From: Syntrophales bacterium
GTDB taxonomy: Bacteria; Desulfobacterota; Syntrophia; Syntrophales; UBA4778
Direction: 5' to 3'
Length of the DNA stretch: 64,000 nt
Assembly (NCBI GenBank): GCA_963665615.2
Contig: CAXXQE010000001.1
Coordinates: forward strand, 761,151 to 825,150
Shown here: positions 21,808 to 31,663 of the stretch, in pieces
Layout of the letters: each line of letters begins with the position of its first letter
Position numbering within the stretch: position 1 is the stretch's first letter
The notes under the pieces: model-generated
Database searches by the model: none
Seen by the model: only the letters and a program-made list of their open reading frames with translations
Told to the model about the DNA's origin: nothing
Program-made: the position numbers and the translations under genes

Positions 21808-22250
21808 CCGCGGCGGCCATGAAAGTGTAGAGGCGCTGCAGCTGTTCGATGGGATCGTCGCTATTGATATGTCCGACTTCAAGTTTTGGGACAATGCGTG
21901 GGCCGAGCGTCTCTGCTGTGTACGGGATTGCCGCGAAAGGTCGATCAAGGTGAAGCGGGAGATGCATCGCCAAGTGGCGCCTTTAGATCAATGAAAACGG
22001 ACTGGTCATTCGCGGTCTGCTCATACGGCATCTAGTTATGCCCGTCTGTATTGCCGGTTCCAGATAAGTCATGGCCTTCCTGGCCTGCGAGATCTCTCCA
22101 TATACCTACCTCAATGTCATGGGGCAACTTAATCTCTGCGATCAGGTCAGCATCCGCAAGTGGGTATTACGACTGGCATCGGCGCGCGAGTCCGCGGACT
22201 ATCGGCACAGATATTTACGGATGCGCATCAGACAAGCTCATATAGAGAGC
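21791..22250 (+). pseudogene. C-terminal remnant of a PflX-like radical SAM gene
   Basis: Broken frames: GGHESVEALQLFDGIV.I.M.DFKFWD...REMHRQV / ENGLVIRGLLIRHLVMP / MAFLA.EISPYTYLNVMGQ. Confidence 0.75.
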
Positions 22251-22471
22251 AGACGCATATATGGATCACCGCTTAGGAATCACATGCAGTATGCGTAGAA
22301 ACAGGAACTGCTGGGATAATGCTCCGATGAAGCTTTTTCCACTCACTGAAAACGGTGTGGTTGGGATTTGAGGACTGCAAGACACATGCGGAAGCCAAGA
22401 CCGGCATTTTAAGTTTTAAGCGTCGGCATTCTGCTAGAAGAGCACATCAACAACCTTGAAAGGAATAACGT

Positions 22472-23839
22472 ATGTCGAACTATGGCGGAAAACTTGCTTC
22501 GGCCGATCAGGTCGCGGCTTTGGTTAAAGATGGCATGTGGTTGGATTACGGAACAGTCCAAATCTGCCGGGCATTTGATCGTGCGTTGGCTCGCCGGGTC
22601 GGTGAGGTGAAAAATGTTAAAATAAGAATGCTCGGTCACCTCTCTCCTCTGGAAATCATGGAGAAAGACCCGGAAGGAGAAAGCTTCTGGACAGCTAACT
22701 GGCACATACTGGGACACTCAAGACGTTACATAGCCGAAAACCGTGGCTCACATATCCCTTATAATTTTAACGAATGTGCCCGTCATTTTCGAGAGCACCT
22801 CGACGTCGATATTGCCGTGCAAGTCGTTACGCCCATGGATAAGCATGGTTATTTCAATTTCGGCCCGATGAATAATTTCAAGAAAGCAGTTTTTGAAAAG
22901 GCCAAGAAAGTCGTTGTTGAAGTTGTTCAGGATACCCCCTGGTGCTATGGAGGGTACGACGAATGTATCCATATTTCTGAGGTCGACCACGTTATTGAAA
23001 ATACAACAGACAAGCTGATTACAAGGGCAACACCGGAAGCAACGGAGGAGGACAAAAAAATAGCAGCTTTCATAGCGGACATGATTCCTAAAGAGGCGCC
23101 TTGTCTCCAGATCGGAATCGGCGCTCTTCCGGATACGGTGTTACGATTGCTTGCCGATGCCGGTGCTCATGATATTGGAATACACACCGAAATGATCACC
23201 GAAGCAATTATGGAACTACACGAGACCGGCCTGATAACAGGGAAGAAGAAGACCTTTTTGCCTGGCAAGATTGTTTGGGCATTTGCCATTGGCAGCCGCA
23301 AACTGTATGACTGGCTGGATCACAATCCGGCTCTTGCCATGTATCCTGTAGATTTCACAAATGATCCATACATTATTGCTATGAACAAGGATCTTATATC
23401 TATTAATTCCATCCTTGGGGTTGATTTGCAGGGGCAAGTGAATTCTGAGTCCATCGGCTTTGCGGAATATTCTGGAACCGGCGGCCAGTTGGCTTTTGTG
23501 CGCGGTGCTTATTACCGCGCCACGCAGGGACAACCACCCCTGGGATACCCCGGGAGCAAGTCCATCCTGGCTTTTCATTCCACATACAGAGACAAACAAG
23601 GGAAACTTCATTCCAAGATAACGCCGACACTTGCTCCCGGAGAGATAGTAACAGTGCCGCGTTCAGACGTTTCGTATCTTGTTACGGAATATGGTGTTGC
23701 ATACCTTAAAGGGTTGTCTATTCCGGAAAGGGTTCTCGCAATAACCAATTTGGCCCACCCGGACTTCAGGGCGGAACTGCTGGAAGAAGCGCAGAAAATG
23801 CATTGGTTGAATAAGCAATGGGCTTTGGGAGGGATATAA
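22472..23839 (+). CDS. Acetyl-CoA hydrolase/transferase family (4-hydroxybutyrate/butyrate CoA-transferase-like)
   Basis: PMDKHGYFNFG, LQIGIGALP, HTEM, SGTGGQL.F.RGA, VTEYG, AHPDFR. Confidence 0.92.
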   Translation: MSNYGGKLASADQVAALVKDGMWLDYGTVQICRAFDRALARRVGEVKNVKIRMLGHLSPLEIMEKDPEGESFWTANWHILGHSRRYIAENRGSHIPYNFNECARHFREHLDVDIAVQVVTPMDKHGYFNFGPMNNFKKAVFEKAKKVVVEVVQDTPWCYGGYDECIHISEVDHVIENTTDKLITRATPEATEEDKKIAAFIADMIPKEAPCLQIGIGALPDTVLRLLADAGAHDIGIHTEMITEAIMELHETGLITGKKKTFLPGKIVWAFAIGSRKLYDWLDHNPALAMYPVDFTNDPYIIAMNKDLISINSILGVDLQGQVNSESIGFAEYSGTGGQLAFVRGAYYRATQGQPPLGYPGSKSILAFHSTYRDKQGKLHSKITPTLAPGEIVTVPRSDVSYLVTEYGVAYLKGLSIPERVLAITNLAHPDFRAELLEEAQKMHWLNKQWALGGI

Positions 23840-23870
23840 AAAATTGCAGAGCCCTCACTCTGAATCCGGC

Positions 23871-23952
23871 AGCGAGCGCATTCCCCGCTGTTTACCTGTC
23901 TGTGTCTGCGTGCGGTCACGCACGGGCAGGCGGCGGTGTATGCGAGCGGATC
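23871..23952 (+). repeat. Family A repeat copy with an internal 36-bp palindromic insertion
   Basis: AGCGAGCGCATTCCCCGCTG...GCGAGCGGATC matches the 7286 copy; CCTGTCTGTG...CACGGGCAGG (23895..23930) inserted. Confidence 0.65.
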
Positions 23953-24030
23953 ATGTTTAAAAATCTTTCTTTGAGGTGAGGGGCTAGGCGAGAAGATATA
24001 CGCTCTCGCCCGGACCTTTTGAAAGTATTT

Positions 24031-25776
24031 TCAATTCCCGCACGTCAGCACGGGGGCACAGGTGTGGACGATCCCCGGTGCAATCCTTGCCGCTTCTTTC
24101 AGGTTTTCTTCTCTCAACAGAACAGCCGCAGCGTTTTGTTCGTAGTGCGACTGCGGCTCATAAGACCAGCCTGTCGCGAGTCGCGACGCCTCCTTCAGAA
24201 GGGTTCTGTATAGAAAGGCCCCGATGGCAGGTGCGATGAGTCTTGTGATCCAACCGAATTCGCGATAAATGTCCTGGAGGAGCCGATCCATTTTTGTATG
24301 CATTTCTTCCTGGCCGCGATACCATTTTCTCATTGTCCAGATCGCGCCTGCATAGCCGGTCCGGAGCGGCCTGATTTCTCTGCAGAAGCGTTTTCGGATA
24401 CGGCGGTCCGGATTTTTTTTATGCTGTTGCCATCCCTTCAACATCGTTTCCGTCAACCGGGCCAGACTCGGGCCGTTAACCTCAAAGTCGCGGCGGAAAG
24501 CCTCATTAAGGAAGTGCTCCTCCATCCCCGCCGGAATGCCCGGATGCCGGTAATTGAAGCGGTACTGCCCATGTGCATCGGCCGGGTCGAATTCCGCTTC
24601 CGAAAGAAGTGCCCCGTTCTGTCGCTGCTGTTCGTGAAGGGGCGTTCCCGGGACAGGCGTGTAGAGCATAAACTGATGAAAGTCCGTTGCATGTGCCACG
24701 GCATAATCGATAATTTTGCTCAAATTTTCCAGGGTATGGTCTTCCAGTCCGATGATCGATGATCCGAGAATGCGGATGCCGTGTGACTGCATCGATTTGA
24801 CAAGAGCGCGTGTATCAACATTTTTCAATTTTGAGTAAGCGCTTTGCTCGCCCTCCAACCCCATCCAGACCCAAGAGATGCCGAGCCCCACAAGTTGATC
24901 GATCGAGTATGATTGCAAAACGCGTGCAGAACTGAAGACATACAGAGACCAGCTCTTGTTATGATCCTGCATCAATTCCAAAAGCCTCAGCGCCCGTTTG
25001 CGATGCAGGAGAAAATTCTCGTCCATCGTGAAGAAGGACCGGGTCTTGAGTTTTTCTTCCAGCTGGCACATGACGGAAAAGAGTTCATCTCCCGATTCAT
25101 AGAAATTTACAAAGTTTCCCTTTCCTCCGAAAAGGGCCGATGTTGAGCAGAAATTACAGCCCATGGGGCAGCCGACCGAAGGGATCAGGATGGCAGCGGT
25201 GTCTTTTGCGCCTCCGGGAAGATTAACCCCCATGCAGCGGGCGCCGAAGCCGGAGGAGGCCATCGGGTGCTTGATCGCGGCATTCTCGTCCTGACCGAGA
25301 AATTTCCGGAACCAGCGGATACCGTCCCCCTTCACAATATGGTCGGCGTGGACAGATTCCCGGATGTCTTCTTTTGCCGCGATATGGCCGCCGATGACAA
25401 TCTCGGCATGCGGTTGATAGTGTCTGATCAACTCGCACATCTTCCGAACCTTTCCGATATTCGTCGCAATGGCGCTGATCCCGATAACATCGTAGGTCTT
25501 GGCTTGAATTTCTTGACTGAAGCGCTCCAGGGTTGGGAAATCGAGCAGTGTGCATGGGGCATCAACATTGGCCTGTATCAGCATGAGTCCAAAGGAGCGG
25601 TGGAACATGCGTAGCGAAAAGCCCCCCTGAAGACGCGTAACCTGATTTTGATAGAGCTCCATCGGATTAATGGATCGGCTACCGTATTCGTCGTCTTGGG
25701 CATACGGCCCGAAAACACTCGACAGCAGAATCCGCGGCCTCTTCTTTTGCACTTGCACTGAGTCCCTCTGATGCAT
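24031..25776 (-). CDS. Cobalamin-binding radical SAM protein
   Basis: B12-binding region (VIGISA...IVIGGH..KGDG), GCPMGCNFCST, DENF. Confidence 0.9.
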   Translation of the reverse strand: MHQRDSVQVQKKRPRILLSSVFGPYAQDDEYGSRSINPMELYQNQVTRLQGGFSLRMFHRSFGLMLIQANVDAPCTLLDFPTLERFSQEIQAKTYDVIGISAIATNIGKVRKMCELIRHYQPHAEIVIGGHIAAKEDIRESVHADHIVKGDGIRWFRKFLGQDENAAIKHPMASSGFGARCMGVNLPGGAKDTAAILIPSVGCPMGCNFCSTSALFGGKGNFVNFYESGDELFSVMCQLEEKLKTRSFFTMDENFLLHRKRALRLLELMQDHNKSWSLYVFSSARVLQSYSIDQLVGLGISWVWMGLEGEQSAYSKLKNVDTRALVKSMQSHGIRILGSSIIGLEDHTLENLSKIIDYAVAHATDFHQFMLYTPVPGTPLHEQQRQNGALLSEAEFDPADAHGQYRFNYRHPGIPAGMEEHFLNEAFRRDFEVNGPSLARLTETMLKGWQQHKKNPDRRIRKRFCREIRPLRTGYAGAIWTMRKWYRGQEEMHTKMDRLLQDIYREFGWITRLIAPAIGAFLYRTLLKEASRLATGWSYEPQSHYEQNAAAVLLREENLKEAARIAPGIVHTCAPVLTCGN

Positions 25777-25850
25777 TTGGTTCTCCTTGATTTTGATTTT
25801 GCGCTTCAGTCATATTGGAAAACCTCCGGCAAAGATAGGAAAGACTCGGG

Positions 25851-25871
25851 GTTTTACAATAGTTTTACAAT
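25851..25871. promoter_or_regulatory. Tandem direct repeat, candidate OmpR/PhoB-type regulator box
   Basis: GTTTTACAAT-A-GTTTTACAAT (11-bp period) between the divergent radical SAM and kinase genes. Confidence 0.55.
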
Positions 25872-25938
25872 GAGGGGCTCACTTCCGAAGTTCCGCACTT
25901 CTGTTTGACTTCAGTGTTATAGGTGCTATACTTTTCAA

Positions 25939-26904
25939 ATGAGTAAATTCAAATGGTTCATGCATCCGGTCCTTATTCTGTCTTGTTCTACCCTCGCGCT
26001 GGCCGTTTCGTTGTTTCTTTATATCTATTGGTACACGGCAGCCCTTATAGGCTTTCAGGAGGTTGTGAGAAGATACAATCTCAACCCCGGCCAGTTTCTG
26101 GACTATCACACTTGGTTTGTCATTCTGGTTCTTTCAATTCTGGTTGCATTGATTCTGCTGGGCATTTCTATGATTTTCATTTACAGCCAAAAGACGCTGC
26201 AGCTTTTCCGTCTTCAGAACAACTTCATCAACAATTTCACTCATGAACTGAAAACCCCTGTCACCTCCTTGCGCCTGTATTTGGAAACCTTTGCAAAGCA
26301 CGAACTGCCGCGCCCCGAACAGCTCGGATGCCTCCAATATATGATCCAGGATGCCGAACGCCTTTCAGACCATATCAGCCGCATTCTGAACCTGGCTCAA
26401 CTGGAGAGTCGAAGTTACAAGGGGAATTTCTCTACCATGGACTTGGTCGAGTTGACGGAGAATTTTTACAAAAGGAATTCCCATCTTTTCAGCGGCGCCA
26501 ACATTCAGTGCCACAACCCTTCAAACCGGGCTTGGCCCCATCCTGTGGACCAATCTCTTTTTGAGATGCTCCTGATGAACCTGGCGACCAATGCCATCAA
26601 ATATAACACCGCCGAGAAGCCGCGGATCGATATCACCTTTACCTGGCAGCGACGCGATCTGTACATCTGTTTTACGGACAACGGCATCGGCATGGAGCGG
26701 AATCAATTAAAGAAGATATTTAAAAAATTTTACCAGATCGGCCGCTCCGAGGACATGTCAGCCCGCGGAAGCGGCTTGGGATTGTATCTTGCACAGAATA
26801 TCGCCAGGATTCATAAGGGCCGTATCATGGCGCACAGTGAAGGGATTGGAAAGGGCGCGACTTTTACACTGGTGCTTTCCCGTGGCGTGGCAGAGGCATA
26901 TTGA
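25939..26904 (+). CDS. Sensor histidine kinase
   Basis: Two TMs, THELKTP H-box, NAIKYN, DNGIG, GSGLGL. Confidence 0.95.
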   Translation: MSKFKWFMHPVLILSCSTLALAVSLFLYIYWYTAALIGFQEVVRRYNLNPGQFLDYHTWFVILVLSILVALILLGISMIFIYSQKTLQLFRLQNNFINNFTHELKTPVTSLRLYLETFAKHELPRPEQLGCLQYMIQDAERLSDHISRILNLAQLESRSYKGNFSTMDLVELTENFYKRNSHLFSGANIQCHNPSNRAWPHPVDQSLFEMLLMNLATNAIKYNTAEKPRIDITFTWQRRDLYICFTDNGIGMERNQLKKIFKKFYQIGRSEDMSARGSGLGLYLAQNIARIHKGRIMAHSEGIGKGATFTLVLSRGVAEAY

Positions 26905-27635
26905 AAGCAAACGAAACAGACCGAAAGCGCATTCTGATTATCGAAGACGATAGCCATATCGCTGAGGGGCTAAAATTAAATCTGAGCCTTCAAGGGTACG
27001 AAGTAACGATCGCCGCAGACGGCATGTCTGGACTCCAGAAATGGCGGGAGTGGCGTCCCCATCTGATCCTGCTGGATATCATGCTTCCCGGCATAGACGG
27101 GTTTTCTCTGCTGCAGCGTATTCGCTTGGAGAACGAGCGTATCCCGGTTCTGATCCTGTCTGCCAAAGGCGATACCGCTGACCGGATCAAAGGATTTTCC
27201 CTGGGTGTCGACGATTACCTTCCCAAACCCTTTCACTTGGAAGAATTACTCCTGCGGGTGGAAAGGCTCTTGACGCGTGGGGCATGGGCAGCAGTGCAGG
27301 ATGAAGTGCCTGCATCCGAAATAGGCAGCTATGAATTCGGGAATAATCGCATCGATTTCGACCTGCATACGGCTGAGTGTCGATGGGGCCGGGTCGTTCT
27401 GACAGAGCAGGAGGTCAGACTTTTGAAGCTCTTCATTACCAACCCCGGAAAGCCTCTGTCGCGCGATAGACTTTTGGAGATCGGCTGGGGATATGCCAAG
27501 GGGATATCTACAAGGACTCTGGATAATTTTATTGTCCGATTCCGGAAATACTTTGAGGATGATCCGAAGAAACCGATTTATTTCAGGAGTCTGAGAGCTG
27601 TCGGATATGTATTTGACTGTCTTCCAAGGCAATAG
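26901..27635 (+). CDS. OmpR-family response regulator
   Basis: IEDD, LDIMLPG, KPF, wHTH RTLDNFIVRFRKYFE. Confidence 0.95.
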   Translation: MKANETDRKRILIIEDDSHIAEGLKLNLSLQGYEVTIAADGMSGLQKWREWRPHLILLDIMLPGIDGFSLLQRIRLENERIPVLILSAKGDTADRIKGFSLGVDDYLPKPFHLEELLLRVERLLTRGAWAAVQDEVPASEIGSYEFGNNRIDFDLHTAECRWGRVVLTEQEVRLLKLFITNPGKPLSRDRLLEIGWGYAKGISTRTLDNFIVRFRKYFEDDPKKPIYFRSLRAVGYVFDCLPRQ

Positions 27636-27882
27636 CCCCTTTTTTTGCGGATCCTGTGATTACATCGAAGAAGGACCAGGTTCGGCCTCTCTAGCATGTT
27701 AACTATCAAAATTTGATTTAGATTTAGATTGACTTTTGGGGGAATGAGCCTAGCATGTTACAAACAATGTAATCGACTCTGAATAGGGTAAATGGGACTC
27801 TGTCTGTTACAGTGAGACAGGGTTTTTGTTTTTGGGGAATTTATCGAGAATATTTTTTCAACGGAAGGGGGGGGGGGACAGG

Positions 27883-28188
27883 GTGAAAGTACATTTGATT
27901 GAGAAGTCGAACAATTTTAAAAAACTGGAAGATGGAACCTGGGAAAGCAGCAGTTGGAAACTGGATGAAGATACTGCCAATAAACTCGTCGGAGGCGAGG
28001 TCTATTTTCACCGCAAAAAAGAGGAGGCCTCTTTCTACGGGGGCACTATCATGGGCTATCGAATCGAACAAGAAGGAGATCATCAAGGACTGATCGTGCT
28101 CAGATTGCAGCCATGCAACACCTGCAGAAATGTCAGAACAGATAAGTGCGGGTGGTCCACCGGAGTGAAAGTAATCGAAAATGGCTGA
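27883..28188 (+). CDS. Hypothetical protein
   Basis: GTG start after a G-rich RBS; coding-like composition; stop overlaps next start. Confidence 0.65.
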   Translation: MKVHLIEKSNNFKKLEDGTWESSSWKLDEDTANKLVGGEVYFHRKKEEASFYGGTIMGYRIEQEGDHQGLIVLRLQPCNTCRNVRTDKCGWSTGVKVIENG

Positions 28189-28534
28189 AGACCTTCTTGA
28201 CTACTGGTTGCGAATTGTCAAACCGATCTTTCCGGAAAACGCCTGGATTATCGGACGGATTTCCAAGGGAGACCACGTGATACAAATCGACTGGCAGCTC
28301 GACTCCAATCCGGCTCTGCCACAAAGACGTTCTAAAAAAATCGAAATCATCATTCAGGAGGAAGCTATCGACGCGTATCTTGATCAAGCAAAGTCGGAGT
28401 GGCCTCTTTCTGAGGTCAATATTAAGAATTGGATTTCCGAGCGGTATGCGAATTTCAATCCTGAACAGGATCCTAAGTCTTTGAGGATCGCGCCTGTTGA
28501 CAGATGGCGCCTTCCGAAGGGCATTATCGGATAG
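28181..28534 (+). CDS. Hypothetical protein
   Basis: ORF translationally coupled to the upstream gene. Confidence 0.65.
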   Translation: MAEDLLDYWLRIVKPIFPENAWIIGRISKGDHVIQIDWQLDSNPALPQRRSKKIEIIIQEEAIDAYLDQAKSEWPLSEVNIKNWISERYANFNPEQDPKSLRIAPVDRWRLPKGIIG

Positions 28535-28550
28535 AGTCATTCAGAGGAAA

Positions 28551-29216
28551 ATGAATCAATTTAGAAAAATCGCACAAACGAACCTGTTCCTCTTTTTCTT
28601 ATACTGGTTTATTCGCCTGTACAGCGCGACATTCAGGATGAAGATAGAAAATGAGAAGGACTGGATAGAGTATCTCAGAAAAGGTGGAAGGGTCTTATTG
28701 TGCACTTGGCACCAACAGTTTTTTGCAGCCATCCGACATTTTCATAGCTACAGGGATTTCAAGCCTGCACTGATGATCAGTAAAAGTTCAGACGGCTCAT
28801 TGATCGCCGCTGTTGCCGAAAAGACCGGCTGGCATGCCGTGCGCGGTTCTTCCTCAAGCAGCGGAAAAGAGGCATTGAGGAAGATGATCGAGCACCTCAG
28901 CCGAACCGGTCTGGCCGCACATATTGTTGACGGTCCCAGGGGCCCGGCCGGCATCGTAAAGGCAGGCGTGATCCAATTAGCCCAAGCCTCTGATGCTGTC
29001 ATTGTACCGTTCTACATCACAGCAAGCAGGGCTTGGTTTTTCCATAGCTGGGACAGCTTCTTCGTTCCCAAGCCATTCGCAACCGTCATTCTCTCTTTCG
29101 GCGATATGCTTAAGTTCGATCATTTAGACGAGAGCGCTGTTTTCGAGGAACAAAGACGTACCTTAGAGAAGATCATGCTTCCTCAAATCAGAAAGAATCC
29201 TGCAACCTGCGATTAA
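28551..29216 (+). CDS. Lysophospholipid acyltransferase-like protein (DUF374)
   Basis: WHQQ, ISKSSDG, VRGSSS, VDGPRGP, WD.F.VPKPF. Confidence 0.88.
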   Translation: MNQFRKIAQTNLFLFFLYWFIRLYSATFRMKIENEKDWIEYLRKGGRVLLCTWHQQFFAAIRHFHSYRDFKPALMISKSSDGSLIAAVAEKTGWHAVRGSSSSSGKEALRKMIEHLSRTGLAAHIVDGPRGPAGIVKAGVIQLAQASDAVIVPFYITASRAWFFHSWDSFFVPKPFATVILSFGDMLKFDHLDESAVFEEQRRTLEKIMLPQIRKNPATCD

Positions 29217-29222
29217 ACCATG

Positions 29223-30509
29223 CTAATGCTGAAATTGGGAAAGATCTCTTTTTCCACTCCTCGATTTAACTGCGGAGCGTGAACCCGAGGTCGATGCAAA
29301 ACGGGCATGTCCCCCCGGACGTCTCCTGGAGTCGATCTTTTTTCTGAAGTCTTCTGAACTATCGGATGCGGTGCCATTCGGAGCGGGTATCAGGTAATCG
29401 AAATTCTCCAGCATGCGCCGCTCCAGTTGTGCGCCCAAAACCTTTTCAATCGCCCACACAAAAGCCCTGTCAGATCGTGTTACGAAAGTGAATGCCTCTC
29501 CAGTCTCGGCGGCTCTGCCGGTACGGCCGATCCGGTGCGTGTAAGCGTCCACTGTGTCTGGCATGTCGTAATTGATGACATGCGATATCCGGGAAATATC
29601 GATGCCGCGAGCGGCGATATCGGTTGCCACGAGGACCTGATATTTACCGGACCGAAACCCGTCAATTGCACCTTGTCGTTTATTCTGTGAGAGATCTCCA
29701 TGTAAAGCGACGGTGGGGAAACCCGACTTCTTCATGTGTTTTGTCAATCTGTCCGCGCGAGCTTTGGTACGCGTGAAAACAAGCACAGATTGCATTTCTA
29801 TCGAGTCCAAGATCTTCGTTAAAAGGGCGGCCTTCAGATGCTGCTCGACAGGATAGATCGCGTGAGATACCGACGGTGCAGGGACCGAATCATTTACCTG
29901 AACGCAAACGGGATTATGCATAATGCTCTGAGCGAGCTTCCGGATGTCATCTGGCATGGTGGCGGAAAAAAGAAGCGTCTGACGCTCCTCAGGCAGTCGC
30001 TTCAGAACCTTCTTGATATCCTGCAAAAAACCCATATCGAGCATCCGGTCCACTTCATCGATGACGAGTACTTCAATACGGGTCACATCGATCTTGCCTT
30101 GATCCATGAGGTCGAGCAAGCGTCCCGGACACGCGACAATGATTTCCGCACCATTGTGGAGTCTGCCTATTTGGGCATTCTGGTTGACACCCCCGTAAAT
30201 TGCGACGCTCTTCAGTTTTGTATGTCGCCCCAACTGAAAACAGGTCTGATGCGTCTGTTCCGCCAGCTCTCTGGTCGGCGTCAAAATCAGGGCTCGAACA
30301 TGCGTCCTCGGCTTGTCCATGAGGCGTTGAAGGACTGGAAGGACAAAGGCTGCAGTTTTACCTGTTCCGGTCTGAGCCTGCCCGATAATATCCCTGTTCT
30401 GAATGATAGGGGGGATAGCTCGAGCCTGAATCGGTGTGGCTGTTGTGTAACCGAGGGTTTTGATCCCCTCTTCAATTTGAGGATGTAGATTGAACGACTT
30501 AAAATTCAT
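29223..30509 (-). CDS. DEAD-box RNA helicase (RhlE-like)
   Basis: AQTGTGKT, PTRELA, DEVD, SAT, ARGID, HRIGRTGRA. Confidence 0.96.
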   Translation of the reverse strand: MNFKSFNLHPQIEEGIKTLGYTTATPIQARAIPPIIQNRDIIGQAQTGTGKTAAFVLPVLQRLMDKPRTHVRALILTPTRELAEQTHQTCFQLGRHTKLKSVAIYGGVNQNAQIGRLHNGAEIIVACPGRLLDLMDQGKIDVTRIEVLVIDEVDRMLDMGFLQDIKKVLKRLPEERQTLLFSATMPDDIRKLAQSIMHNPVCVQVNDSVPAPSVSHAIYPVEQHLKAALLTKILDSIEMQSVLVFTRTKARADRLTKHMKKSGFPTVALHGDLSQNKRQGAIDGFRSGKYQVLVATDIAARGIDISRISHVINYDMPDTVDAYTHRIGRTGRAAETGEAFTFVTRSDRAFVWAIEKVLGAQLERRMLENFDYLIPAPNGTASDSSEDFRKKIDSRRRPGGHARFASTSGSRSAVKSRSGKRDLSQFQH

Positions 30510-30626
30510 GTTTGCTTTCTATCTCTTTTCTTCTTTAATTTTTGGTTGTGATTAGATTGGAAAAAACGAAAAAATCATAAATTGACTGACTGTGTGCAGA
30601 TGTGGCGTTGGGAATTTTTTCGAATA

Positions 30627-30779
30627 TTAATCTGCTTGAGACATGGATTGTTCAGGTGAGTCCAGCTCAGAGTTCTTTTCTTTTGTCCCTTGCCTTCTGG
30701 CCATTTTCTCTTTTGCCTTTTGCACCCGTTCGATTTCTTTTTGACGTTTCAAAAATGTATTGCGATTTTTTTTTGCCAT
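30627..30779 (-). CDS. Small Lys/Arg-rich protein, 50 aa (below ORF-track cutoff)
   Basis: AAGGAGG RBS then MAKKNRNTFLKRQKEIERVQKAKEKMARRQGTKEKNSELDSPEQSMSQAD*. Confidence 0.7.
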   Translation of the reverse strand: MAKKNRNTFLKRQKEIERVQKAKEKMARRQGTKEKNSELDSPEQSMSQAD

Positions 30780-30821
30780 GCCGCCTCCTTTGTTGAGTAA
30801 TTGGGGATCTAATGCCCTTTC

Positions 30822-31076
30822 CTAGCGATACCGTCGCTCTCTGCTTTTCGGAGGTTGCGCAATATCAACCTTCAGGGTTCGACCTCTGAACTCACTCCCG
30901 TGCAAGGCCTTTTTAGCTGATTCAGCCCCGGCTTGATCCGTCATCTCAACAAATCCGAAACCTTTTCCTTCGATCAACTTGACTTCTCTGACCTCCCCGT
31001 GATTGGAAAAAAGGGTATTCAGATCTTCCTTGCTTACAGAGTATCCCAGATTCCCCACATAGAGTTTTGTTTGCAT
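30822..31076 (-). CDS. RRM RNA-binding protein
   Basis: RNP2 KLYVGNL, RNP1 KGFGFVEM. Confidence 0.93.
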   Translation of the reverse strand: MQTKLYVGNLGYSVSKEDLNTLFSNHGEVREVKLIEGKGFGFVEMTDQAGAESAKKALHGSEFRGRTLKVDIAQPPKSRERRYR

Positions 31077-31232
31077 TTCTTTTTCTCTTTTCGAATTCAG
31101 CAGCGAGCTGATAGCAAATAAAAAAGCCTACGCTAGGGTTGCGCAGTGCGCCCATTTGATGATCAGTGAAACAAAGGAAGGTCTTGCCGCAAAGAACTGA
31201 GGCAAGGCACCTTCACTTTTGGCTAATGCGCT

Positions 31233-31430
31233 TTATAATGGCTTCACGTTTTCTGCCGCCGGGCCTTTTTTTCCCTGAACAACATCAAAGCTGACACGCT
31301 GTCCTTCCGTCAAGGTCTTGAATCCGCCGGCCTGAATGGCGCTGAAATGAACAAAGACATCACCACCACCATCTTTCTCGATAAATCCGAATCCCTTGCT
31401 CTCATTGAACCATTTTACTTTGCCTTCCAT
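31233..31430 (-). CDS. Cold-shock protein (CspA family)
   Basis: GKVKWFN..KGFGFI...DVFVHFSAI...GP.AENV. Confidence 0.97.
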   Translation of the reverse strand: MEGKVKWFNESKGFGFIEKDGGGDVFVHFSAIQAGGFKTLTEGQRVSFDVVQGKKGPAAENVKPL

Positions 31431-31596
31431 TACTTTCTCCTTTTTAGAAAATTTTTAATTCGAGTCCCACTCTGGACAAAAATAAAAAGGCCACCCCAAA
31501 GAGCAGACGGCCTAATTTGCGCTTTAAAATGTTTTTTAAGACTTTTAACGTACTACCGTTCCAAACGGGAACGGCATTTCATTGCAATGCAGTCGT

Positions 31597-31625
31597 ATTA
31601 TCAGTGCTTATGGCCATAAAGTCAA
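31597..31625 (-). promoter_or_regulatory. Sigma70-type promoter for csp with a long 5' UTR
   Basis: Minus strand TTGACT-17 nt-GATAAT about 165 nt upstream of the csp start. Confidence 0.6.
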
Positions 31626-31663
31626 GTTATATGAACAATCGGTAAAGGTAAAGATAAAACAAA

